A stretch of DNA of 64,000 bases from a virus. Both the position numbers and the translations under genes were made by a program. The notes under the pieces were generated by a model. It was given only the letters and a program-made list of their open reading frames with translations, was not told the DNA's origin and ran no database searches. The stretch covers positions 21,830 to 85,829 of the IMG/VR virus record IMGVR_UViG_3300028844_002207; one strand, 5' to 3'. Numbering within the stretch: position 1 is the stretch's first letter; each line of letters starts with the position of its first letter. Shown here piece by piece: positions 1-9,225 of this stretch.

Positions 1-2
1 CT

Positions 3-3000
3 TATCCGGGGTTTGGAAGTATTGTTAATGAAGGATTTGGATTAATAGGTGATGCATTAGGTTTAACAGATCCTGAATCTCCTTCACTTGATAAAGACGG
101 GGATCTTGATTTTTCTGAAGAGGCATGGGCACGTGCATTAAAAATTCCAACTAAGGATAAGTATATAAAACAGCAAACAGAATACAAACCAACTACGGCT
201 AAAGATAGTGATGTTCAGTACTATAAAATATCTGATGAGATATTTGATAAAGAAGGTTTCTTATTGGATTTCCAAGACATGGCTATTGGTGAGAAACAAA
301 CAGTAGATGGTTTATTACCATATATGAAAGAAGCTTATTTTGAGGCAACTGGACAAAGCGGTAGTAAGTTTATGGATACAGATCCACTTCAAAACTTTCA
401 GGTACAGGTTGGTTATGATAAAGAAAGAGATCAGAAGTATCTTTCTATGTATGATAAATATGATTTTAACAGCATAGCAAATGCAGGTATAAAGCCATAT
501 GAATTTTATGATAGGATTTACATACCTAAAGATTCTGATAAAAAAGAAAAAACAAAAAATAAGGTAGACTCAAATCTTTTATACAAGCAAGCTTTTGTTG
601 AATCTAATCTAGATCCAAAAGCCAAAAGCAATAAAGGATATATGGGTCTTGGTCAAATAGGAGATAGCCTTATAACAGATTATAAAAAAGCAAATAAGGT
701 AGATGAAATAGATCCTTATGACCCTGAACAAAATTATAAAGTTCAAGAGTGGTCAATGAATGAATTATACAACTCTTCATTTATTAATAAAGAAAATCAA
801 GATGATGATGTAAGATTAATTAAAACTTTAGCTGCATATAACTGGGGCAGAGGCAATACATTAGACTTATTAAATGAATTAAAAGAAGAGGGTGAAGATA
901 TATACAATGATGTAAAATGGGTATCTAGACTTCCACAGGAAACTCAAGATTACATTGATATGATTCTGTATGATAAAAATACAGAAGGCAGACCTAATGT
1001 ACAGGAGAACTTTTTAAAGACAACTACTGATGAAGCTTATGACTATTATAAGCAGTTATATAATTATAAAGATATAAATGACCAAGATAGTCTTCCGGTA
1101 AAACAATATGCAGGTCCCATTAGACAAGAAGAAGCAGAAGAAGAACAAAGTTTTTATCTTCCTGAAATGTGGCAACAAGATAATTATGTACAGGAACCAG
1201 TTACTCCTTATATGGGTCCTTTTAGACAAGCTGAGGAAAAGCCTAAACAAGAAGATGATAATCTGACAACTTATACAATTAAGTCAGGAGATAACCTGAC
1301 AAGAATAGCAGAACAATTTGGTACTTCTGTAGATGAAATTGCAAAGTTAAATAATATTGATAACCCTAGTCAAATAGATATCAATCAAGAATTAAAATTA
1401 CCTAAGTCTAAAACTAAATTTCTTAATTATGATATTAAGTCAGGAGATACATTAGGTAGGATAGCAACAAGATTTGGTGTTCCTCTTAGAAAAATTGTAG
1501 AAGCTAATAGTTCAATTAAAAACATTAATGAAATTTTTGCTGGTCAAGATATTGTTATACCTCAATCTAATTATGAGGAAGTAGAAGAAATTGAAGAAAC
1601 ATGGCAGGACGTTGATTTATTAGATGAAGACAGAAAGAATATTAATGATTCAGCTGATGAGGATATAATAAAGAAAGCTCAAATGGTTAATGATCCTAAT
1701 GGTCATTATGTTATAGTAAATAAAAAAACAAAGAGATTAGAAGTTTGGAGAGGTGGAAAGTCAATATTAGACTTTGAAGTTCTTACAGGTGCTAATAAAG
1801 GTGATGCTTTGACTGTAACAAAGATGTGGGATTTTAACCAAGATGGTAAGATAACAGATGAAGATAAAAGAAATGGTAAATGGATTCCTAACTGGAGTGC
1901 TGGAAACAAAAACACTGGTGCAGGTAAGTATTATATAAAAGAAAGTTATGCTGACTCACCAGATAAATATGGTGGTAAGGGAGTTCCTTCATTTAATTTA
2001 TTTACAGATGGTACTGACATAGATGTAGCTACTGCTATTCATGGCCCTACTTCTGGTAGAAAAGGTTTATTTGATGATGGAAATGTTGAAAACAATAGAG
2101 CAAGTAATGGTTGTATAAATGGTCAATGTACTGATTTACAAGCATTGTATGATCTAGGAATGCCTGCAGGTACAGCGGTATATGTATTACCAGAAGATGA
2201 TGGTAATAATTTTCAATGGGTTGATGGACAAGCTGTATTAAAAATGTCAGAGGATAATAGAGAAAAATATACTTCTAATTATATAGATTCTAAAGGTAAA
2301 GAGCAAACTCAACAAGGATCTAATTATTCAGTAAATACATTAAACTACCAACCTATACGTCCAGTGTTTGATCAACAATCTTTTGAAGAGGAAGTATATA
2401 ATGAAACGGGTACTCTAAAGTCCATTGGTAATTTTTTTACTTCAGACTCCTCAGATAAAGAAGAACAAGAAAACTCAACTAAACCATTTATAAATTCTTT
2501 AGTAAATAACAAAAAGAAAATAATGGTAGAGGCAGGTATACCTAGTGATGTATATAATGATATTGCTAGAATTGCTTTTGGTATTTATGGTAATGAATCT
2601 AATTTTGGTGATACACACAGTGCTGGTGGAAACTTTACAAGAGGTGTTACAAAATTTGTAGCTGATCAAAATAGAAAAGGTGACTTACCAATAGTTGGCT
2701 CAACTGATCTTTTACCTAAAGTTACTTCTTCACCTGATGTATTTAAAAAATATGATGGTTATAAAATAGATACATTAGATGGATTAACATCTCTTTCTCC
2801 TTTAATAGCTCTTGCTGTAAAAGATAGTTTGAAGACTGATCTTCCTGTTTATGAAAAAAGTGCAAAAGAAGATTATAACAGTGTTGGTTTAACTCAACTT
2901 AGATGGGATAATATAATAAAGGAAGATAAGAATTTACCAAAGGACAAAAAACAAATAAATATATTAAAGAAGTTTGGTATAACATCTAATAAAGATTTAT

Positions 3001-3404
3001 TAGATCCTGAAAAAGCAGCTATAGCAACTGTATTAAGATTAGCATTCTTAGCTAATAATAGAAAGGGTGTAGATAGAAATGATTTATTTAACACACTTCC
3101 TAAACACTGGGGAGGATCAAGTAAGGATGGTGGTAAAACATATACAGATAACGTTAAAAAACATGCTAAGTATTTAAAATTTCAACAAAAAGGAAAGTAT
3201 ATGCCAAACTATGCAGTAGGAGGAGAGAAAAAACAAATACAAATGTATAAAGATTATATAGATGGTGTCTATAATGGAACTGACAATGAGAGTAAAGCTA
3301 AAAGTTTATATGATAAATTAAATAGAAAGCATTATAAAGATGCAAAAGAGTTGGGTAATATGTCACCACCTAACTATATTTTGACTCATCTTTATCAAGC
3401 TTAA
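3..3404 (+). CDS. Virion-associated multi-domain peptidoglycan enzyme: SLT lytic transglycosylase + 2 LysM + YkuD (L,D-transpeptidase-like) + second lysozyme-like domain; 5'-partial
   Basis: The frame of track ORF 264..3404 is open from position 3 (YPGFGSIVNEG...), so the true start lies upstream of the window. SLT motifs AFVESN...KGYMGLGQI...LAAYNWG (~590-850); LysM repeats at ~1269-1403 and ~1428-1562; YkuD-like IHG...ASNGCIN (2040-2120); second GNESNFG...VGLTQL...DPEKAA...HWGG domain (~2550-3170). Confidence 0.85.
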   Translation, partial: YPGFGSIVNEGFGLIGDALGLTDPESPSLDKDGDLDFSEEAWARALKIPTKDKYIKQQTEYKPTTAKDSDVQYYKISDEIFDKEGFLLDFQDMAIGEKQTVDGLLPYMKEAYFEATGQSGSKFMDTDPLQNFQVQVGYDKERDQKYLSMYDKYDFNSIANAGIKPYEFYDRIYIPKDSDKKEKTKNKVDSNLLYKQAFVESNLDPKAKSNKGYMGLGQIGDSLITDYKKANKVDEIDPYDPEQNYKVQEWSMNELYNSSFINKENQDDDVRLIKTLAAYNWGRGNTLDLLNELKEEGEDIYNDVKWVSRLPQETQDYIDMILYDKNTEGRPNVQENFLKTTTDEAYDYYKQLYNYKDINDQDSLPVKQYAGPIRQEEAEEEQSFYLPEMWQQDNYVQEPVTPYMGPFRQAEEKPKQEDDNLTTYTIKSGDNLTRIAEQFGTSVDEIAKLNNIDNPSQIDINQELKLPKSKTKFLNYDIKSGDTLGRIATRFGVPLRKIVEANSSIKNINEIFAGQDIVIPQSNYEEVEEIEETWQDVDLLDEDRKNINDSADEDIIKKAQMVNDPNGHYVIVNKKTKRLEVWRGGKSILDFEVLTGANKGDALTVTKMWDFNQDGKITDEDKRNGKWIPNWSAGNKNTGAGKYYIKESYADSPDKYGGKGVPSFNLFTDGTDIDVATAIHGPTSGRKGLFDDGNVENNRASNGCINGQCTDLQALYDLGMPAGTAVYVLPEDDGNNFQWVDGQAVLKMSEDNREKYTSNYIDSKGKEQTQQGSNYSVNTLNYQPIRPVFDQQSFEEEVYNETGTLKSIGNFFTSDSSDKEEQENSTKPFINSLVNNKKKIMVEAGIPSDVYNDIARIAFGIYGNESNFGDTHSAGGNFTRGVTKFVADQNRKGDLPIVGSTDLLPKVTSSPDVFKKYDGYKIDTLDGLTSLSPLIALAVKDSLKTDLPVYEKSAKEDYNSVGLTQLRWDNIIKEDKNLPKDKKQINILKKFGITSNKDLLDPEKAAIATVLRLAFLANNRKGVDRNDLFNTLPKHWGGSSKDGGKTYTDNVKKHAKYLKFQQKGKYMPNYAVGGEKKQIQMYKDYIDGVYNGTDNESKAKSLYDKLNRKHYKDAKELGNMSPPNYILTHLYQA

Positions 3405-3434
3405 ACCCTAAAGATTAGTGAATCTCCTTAATTA

Positions 3435-3455
3435 TTTGTATATTAATAATATAAT
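3435..3455 (+). promoter_or_regulatory. Candidate late-promoter motif TGTATATTA(A/T)TA
   Basis: TTTGTATATTAATAATATATA just upstream of the GTG at 3465; near-identical motifs at 32414 and 36329. Confidence 0.45.
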
Positions 3456-3464
3456 ATTATCAAC

Positions 3465-6212
3465 GTGGATTTAAACAAAAAAAGTGTAAAACAACAAGGA
3501 GGATCAATGATTCCTCAACAACCTGGTCTGCAGCAACAACCTCAAGTTGATCCGCAAGTTATGCAGATAAGTGAAATGTTTACTGCAGCTGTTCAAGAAG
3601 GTCAGCAACCTCAAGAAGTATTGATGGGTTTAATGCAGCAAGAAGTTGATCAAAATATTATAGGTCAAGCTCTTATGCAGTTGGGTTATGAAGAAGAAGC
3701 AATTATAAGTTTGTTTGAAGATGTACAAAAACTACAACAACCACAAGAACCTAGTCCACAGCAAATTACAAATAATCCACAACAACTAGCAAGAGCAGAA
3801 GAAATACAACAAGAAGCTCCTGGTATGGATATGAATATAACATCTATTGATCAGGCTAAATCTGGTATAGAAATTAAACCAGAAAACAAGGGTAAGTTTA
3901 CAAGATGGGCTAAAGCAAGAGGTATGTCAGTATCTGAAGCTTATAACAAAGTTATGAGCAATACAGATAACTATCCTGCTTCAGTAGTTAAGATGGCTAA
4001 CTTTGCAAAGAATGCAGCTGGATGGAAAAAAGAAGAGGGTGGTGAATTTGAACCACACTTTATGTATAAAGGTGATAGAAAGATTAGAGCTAGAGATATG
4101 GCTACTCATCTTAGACTTAAAGAAGCAGGTTATAATCATGATGCACCTAAAGCAGCAGACGGAGTAGAAACAGGAGCAGTAGTAACATCTGAAGAGGGTA
4201 CAGATAATACAAAAATGATGTCTGATTTTTTAAATGCTTCTAAAAGTGAGGACGCAGTTAAAACTAAAAATAAAGGTTTAATAAGTAATCTAGAAGATGA
4301 AGGTATACTTGAGCCAGGACCAATGTATATTAATCCTGCTATTTTTAATGATGCAGAATTTAATTTAGGAAAAGCTGCAAACGTGGCTTTAACTGCATAT
4401 GAAGATATGTTTAGTGGTAAGGATAAAGATGGTGATGGTGTAAAGGATGGTAGCTTTAGAGACTGGCGTGGTAAGCATATTAATAACAAAATGCAAAAGA
4501 TGGCTAATGCCACTTATGACGTTAAGTTTGATACAAGTGATGAAAATAAAAATGCTGCAGCAACATGGTTTAAACAATTTCAAGTTGAAAATCCAGAACT
4601 AACTCAACAGAAAGATGCATTAGGAAATATTATAAAAACAGAAGCAGATAAAGTACTAGATGATATAAATGCCCCAAGTGCCGTAAAAAAAGTATCTGAT
4701 GATTTGCTAGAAAAGTGGCAAAGTGGATCAGCAGAAACAAAAGCATATATTGAATCTATATTAAAAAGGAAAGGACAAGAAATACCAACTGAATATAAAG
4801 TAGATCCAATGTCAGCTGGCGGTAAAGACCCAGGTGCTACTAGTAAAGATCCACAAGAAGTAGATTTAGATCCTAGCTTTGATATGAAATTACCAGAGTC
4901 TATTGAAAATAATGATCCTGGGTTTGATCAGTTTATACCAAAAGACTATGATGGTCCTTTAGATCCAGGGTTTAATAAAGGCGTTCCTAATTTTTCTGAC
5001 TATCAACAAATGTTAGTTAAGTATGGAGCTGAAATACCTAATATGCAAATGGCAGGTCCAGTAGCAAATCAAATGCTTTCTTTTCAAGAATGGGTTGCGC
5101 AAGATCCTGTTACAAGAGGTGTTGCTAATGGTCCACAATTGTATCAAGAATATGTAGCTGGGTTTAATAATCCTTTTAACCCAACTCCACCAGTAGCTCA
5201 AACAAATGATGTGCCTGCACAAAGATCAGCAGCAGATTTATTTACAGATATAAAGGGTCCTGAAGTTGATGCAAACTATGGTGGTGTAGGTGGATTTTTA
5301 GATAGAGCTTTAAATAGTACAGTTGCCACAGCATTTGGTGATTTATCAAACTTTGCTGTTGGTGCAGCAGATGTTGCTAATGATTGGTTTGATGAAAGAA
5401 ATAAAAAGAAAGCACAAGAAGAATTAAGAGGTGATTTAGTTGCAGATAATATATATGGAACTAAGACAGATGCCTTTAATAAAAGAGGTACGTTTGATAT
5501 TAATTCTGGTTTGATGGGTAGTGAAGGTGACGCAACAACAGGATTATATATGAGTAAAGAAGGTGGTGGTGTAAACAACCCTGGCTTCAAAGCATTACCT
5601 CCAGAAGCACAGCATAACATACTTAGTAATATGGCATATGGTGGAGCTAAAGGAGAAGAAGCATATTTAGCAAATAGGGATAGAGTTATTAAAAGAGAGT
5701 TATCTAAGTATCAAGATAAAGGTGAAACTAGGAAAGAGAGAAAAAATAGAATCAAAAACTATGATCATGAATATCTAGATGAATATATAGAATTATTTAA
5801 AAATAAAAACAAAAGTGATGTTACAGCTATAAAAGATATTATGTCTCAAATGGGAGTTACTCAAAATGATACATTATTTGTGGGAAATAGTAATAGCGTA
5901 AGCGGTGCCAAGATGTTTCCTCAGTTTAAATTACAGCAATATTTAGCATCACAAATTGATCCTGAAGCATATAATGCAGGTGAACAGGTTAATGTAAATC
6001 ATAAAAATAAAGCTCCTTATTATACTTCAGACCCGGATCCAGAAGATGGTAAATCATATAGCTTTAAAAATAAAACCTATTATGATGATAGTGATGGGTA
6101 TCTTCATTTGATTAAATCAAAAAAACAAAATGGAGGTGAACAAACTGTAGAAGTTGATTCAAGAATGTTAGCAAAACTAATTGCAGCTGGAGCTGACATA
6201 GAAAAATTATAA
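3465..6212 (+). CDS. Putative internal virion (cargo) protein, Q/P-rich N-terminus
   Basis: 915 aa ORF in the operon upstream of the virion RNAP; low-complexity segments and repeated xxxGG motifs; no enzyme motif recognised. Confidence 0.6.
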   Translation: MDLNKKSVKQQGGSMIPQQPGLQQQPQVDPQVMQISEMFTAAVQEGQQPQEVLMGLMQQEVDQNIIGQALMQLGYEEEAIISLFEDVQKLQQPQEPSPQQITNNPQQLARAEEIQQEAPGMDMNITSIDQAKSGIEIKPENKGKFTRWAKARGMSVSEAYNKVMSNTDNYPASVVKMANFAKNAAGWKKEEGGEFEPHFMYKGDRKIRARDMATHLRLKEAGYNHDAPKAADGVETGAVVTSEEGTDNTKMMSDFLNASKSEDAVKTKNKGLISNLEDEGILEPGPMYINPAIFNDAEFNLGKAANVALTAYEDMFSGKDKDGDGVKDGSFRDWRGKHINNKMQKMANATYDVKFDTSDENKNAAATWFKQFQVENPELTQQKDALGNIIKTEADKVLDDINAPSAVKKVSDDLLEKWQSGSAETKAYIESILKRKGQEIPTEYKVDPMSAGGKDPGATSKDPQEVDLDPSFDMKLPESIENNDPGFDQFIPKDYDGPLDPGFNKGVPNFSDYQQMLVKYGAEIPNMQMAGPVANQMLSFQEWVAQDPVTRGVANGPQLYQEYVAGFNNPFNPTPPVAQTNDVPAQRSAADLFTDIKGPEVDANYGGVGGFLDRALNSTVATAFGDLSNFAVGAADVANDWFDERNKKKAQEELRGDLVADNIYGTKTDAFNKRGTFDINSGLMGSEGDATTGLYMSKEGGGVNNPGFKALPPEAQHNILSNMAYGGAKGEEAYLANRDRVIKRELSKYQDKGETRKERKNRIKNYDHEYLDEYIELFKNKNKSDVTAIKDIMSQMGVTQNDTLFVGNSNSVSGAKMFPQFKLQQYLASQIDPEAYNAGEQVNVNHKNKAPYYTSDPDPEDGKSYSFKNKTYYDDSDGYLHLIKSKKQNGGEQTVEVDSRMLAKLIAAGADIEKL

Positions 6213-6214
6213 TT

Positions 6215-9166
6215 ATGGCAAAAATTAAAATAAACAAATTACCACAAGGTTTTAGCATCCGTAATGGAAAGGTTGTTGAAGATGCAATGTCTATGGAACA
6301 TGGTGGTATGGTAACAGGTGATCAATCTGACTACGGTTTGGTTACAACTCCACAAGCATATTATGGTAATACTAATTTTAATAATTCACGTGATGAATCT
6401 GTTAGATATAGTTTATCAAGTGTACCCAGAGAAGATGCTAATTTAGAAGCAGAGGGTGGAGAAACAGTTTTAACTGATTTAAATGATGACGGTACATTTG
6501 GTCTGTATGACATACAAGGACCAAGACACGGTAGTGGAGGTGTACCAATGTTTTTGCCAGAACAATCTTTTGTTTTTTCTGACACAAGAAAACTTAAGTT
6601 TACAAAAGATGAAATGAGTGAGTTTGGAGTAGGTGGAAGTAAAAAAACACCTGCTAAAATTTCTAAGAAGTTTGGGTTACAAGAGTATTATGGTGAATTA
6701 GATTCACAGTATGCAGATAAAATATCAGCTACAAGTGCAGAGCTTATGTTGAAGAAAAACATGAATGACTTATCAAAGCTTGCTTTTGTACAAGAAGCCA
6801 AAAAGGATTTTTCTGATGGTGTACCTTTAGCATCTCATCCATATTTAGTTTCTATAGGTGAAGACCCTATTGAGTTTACAGCTAAAGTAGAAGAGATATC
6901 AAGGAAAGAAGCAGAAGCTAAAGCTTTAGCAGCATTACCTATTGAGCAACAGCAACAAATAATGATGATGCAACAAATGATGGCTCAACAAGAACAGCAA
7001 GAAGGTATGCAACAACAGATGCCTCAGCAAGGAATGCCAGCACCTATGGAAGCATTTATGCCTCAACCAGGAGAGCCAGGGTTAGCAATGGAAAATAATG
7101 CTATGATGGGATCTATGGCACAGTATGGAACTGAGCTTGGAGACTTTTTAGTTAAAGCTGGTTATGGTAAAGAATTAGAAAGCTATCAAAGGAAAGGAGA
7201 AACTGCAAGAGATTACTATGAAAGAAAAAAAATTGGGTATCCTAAGAACATGAAAGATGCTACTTGGAATGGTAAAGCATGGTATCTAGAAGATGGTTCT
7301 GATCCAATACCCAAATCAGAATTAAGAAGACAAGCTCTTATTGCAATTCAAAGTGGTCAAGTGCCAGATGCATATAGACTCATGGAAGAAACTACTGAGA
7401 CAACTACTGAGACAGAAACAGATGCTCTAACAACAGATAAAACTACAACTGCAACTGACAAACAAGTAGAAACTGTGGTTAATACTAATGGTGCTAAAAA
7501 TCCTTATGCTGCTGGAAGTGAAAAAGCTAAACAGTATGATAAGTATATAGCAGATGGATATTCTCCTACAATAGTAAAGAAAGACGGTAAAAATAAAATA
7601 TCTTTTGTTAGAGGGCCTATTGATGGTAGAACTATGAAAGAGGCTACTGAAGTTCAGGTGTTTGATCAAAATAAAATATCTGGGGCTGGTGGTTTATCTG
7701 ATACTTATACTCCTGAAATAAGAACTCAACAAGAGTTAAATAATGATCCAGATGTAGGTGACGTAGCAACTTTTATAAGTGGTAAGTTTTCTGGTAATAA
7801 ATTGCCTGATACTCAGTCTAAAAATACAGATGGCTTTGGATATGGTTCAGATATGTTTTCTAGTAAAGAATCAGAAGAAGATTTTTATTACAGAAATCAG
7901 GCTGTTATAGATGCTTTAAAAGCAGATGGTATAGACTTCAAGTTTAATATGAAAATGAGTGATCCAAACTATGATGCAAACTGGAGAGGATTCCAAAATA
8001 AATATGAAGAAAAAAGAAAAGCATACTTTGATAAAAAAGGTGTTCAGTACATACCTTATTTCTTTACCGATGAAGTATTGGAGGAAAGACTTAAAAATGA
8101 TCCTGATACTTATGATAAAGATGGTGATGGCAAGTTAGATGATGAATGGAATAAAAGAAGGTTTGATGGTAAGAGAGGTGGTTATACTGTAAATGCACCT
8201 GGGTTTGATATGGACTATCAACCTGGTGATGAGCAGTTTATGGATTTACCAGATGATCCAGAAGAAAAGAAAAAAACACCACCAGTTAAACCTGACCCAG
8301 AAAAAGAGTGGTGGAAACAAGATGTTAATAACATACTTGCATTAAATGCTATTGATGATGAATTGTTCCTGCCTTGGGCTCCTCAACTAGAAGATCAAAA
8401 AATTGATTATGTATTAGATGATTATACAGGAAGAGTCAATGCAAATTTAGCAGCACAAAACACTATGGCAAATGCATTAGGTGCATATGGACCACAGGCA
8501 ATTGCACGTAGTAATATTCAAGGTAAAACTTTAGATGCTAATGCTAAAGCTATAAATCAAGTTAACCAGAACAATGTTAGAACTATGAATCAAGTTGCAA
8601 CAATGCAACCACAACTAGATATGAAAGTTGACATGGCTAACAATGCAACAAACAAACAATTATATGATGATACCACTGTAGCATTACAGAATGCTCAGAA
8701 TTTTAAAAATTGGAAAACTGGTAGATATAATGATTTATATAATGCTGGTATAACAAACGCAGCCAATACATATAATATGAACCAGTTGTATGATTATTAT
8801 AATGTTAACCCTTTAAAAGGTGGTGATGTTGAATTTGGTCCTAATGGTAAAAGATTGTTGAAAGATTCTCAAGGAGATCAAACTCAAGCAAATATAGAAA
8901 AGTGGCAAAGATTACAGGAGCTTGTTGGTAAAGATGATAAGGGTGTTCAAAGAGAAGTTACAAAAGATATGTGGGAAAGGATATATGGTCCTGACTCAAA
9001 TACTACTAATACAAGATCAAATGCACAACAAGAGCTAATCAATCAAGGTGCACCTGTAGGTTATGATGCAGCAAGAGGAATGTTGAATCAATCACAAAAA
9101 GGAAAAGAAATAAAAAGACTATCAAAGTGGGCAGTGCCGTTTTACAGTGGTAAGATGGGAATGTAA
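6215..9166 (+). CDS. Putative internal virion (cargo/ejection) protein
   Basis: 983 aa ORF; ANLEAEGGE and GPRHGSGGV segments resemble those of crAss-like virion proteins as I recall them; Q/M-rich linker; 2 nt from the previous stop. Confidence 0.6.
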   Translation: MAKIKINKLPQGFSIRNGKVVEDAMSMEHGGMVTGDQSDYGLVTTPQAYYGNTNFNNSRDESVRYSLSSVPREDANLEAEGGETVLTDLNDDGTFGLYDIQGPRHGSGGVPMFLPEQSFVFSDTRKLKFTKDEMSEFGVGGSKKTPAKISKKFGLQEYYGELDSQYADKISATSAELMLKKNMNDLSKLAFVQEAKKDFSDGVPLASHPYLVSIGEDPIEFTAKVEEISRKEAEAKALAALPIEQQQQIMMMQQMMAQQEQQEGMQQQMPQQGMPAPMEAFMPQPGEPGLAMENNAMMGSMAQYGTELGDFLVKAGYGKELESYQRKGETARDYYERKKIGYPKNMKDATWNGKAWYLEDGSDPIPKSELRRQALIAIQSGQVPDAYRLMEETTETTTETETDALTTDKTTTATDKQVETVVNTNGAKNPYAAGSEKAKQYDKYIADGYSPTIVKKDGKNKISFVRGPIDGRTMKEATEVQVFDQNKISGAGGLSDTYTPEIRTQQELNNDPDVGDVATFISGKFSGNKLPDTQSKNTDGFGYGSDMFSSKESEEDFYYRNQAVIDALKADGIDFKFNMKMSDPNYDANWRGFQNKYEEKRKAYFDKKGVQYIPYFFTDEVLEERLKNDPDTYDKDGDGKLDDEWNKRRFDGKRGGYTVNAPGFDMDYQPGDEQFMDLPDDPEEKKKTPPVKPDPEKEWWKQDVNNILALNAIDDELFLPWAPQLEDQKIDYVLDDYTGRVNANLAAQNTMANALGAYGPQAIARSNIQGKTLDANAKAINQVNQNNVRTMNQVATMQPQLDMKVDMANNATNKQLYDDTTVALQNAQNFKNWKTGRYNDLYNAGITNAANTYNMNQLYDYYNVNPLKGGDVEFGPNGKRLLKDSQGDQTQANIEKWQRLQELVGKDDKGVQREVTKDMWERIYGPDSNTTNTRSNAQQELINQGAPVGYDAARGMLNQSQKGKEIKRLSKWAVPFYSGKMGM

Positions 9167-9225
9167 ACCTAAAGGGTTTATACAAAACACTTTGTAAACT
9201 TATATAATTATATTAATTTTACATT

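Noticed and set aside
2-187. Track ORF on the minus strand and the track start at 264 for ORF1
   Set aside because: The + frame is open from position 3 into the 264..3404 ORF, so the minus ORF is an antisense shadow and 264 is not the real start.
9160-9200. Short palindromes TAAACC/GGTTTA and TACAAA/TTTGTA as N4-like hairpin promoters
   Set aside because: Stems of only 6 bp in very AT-rich sequence; they lie in the late block rather than before early genes; not distinguishable from chance.
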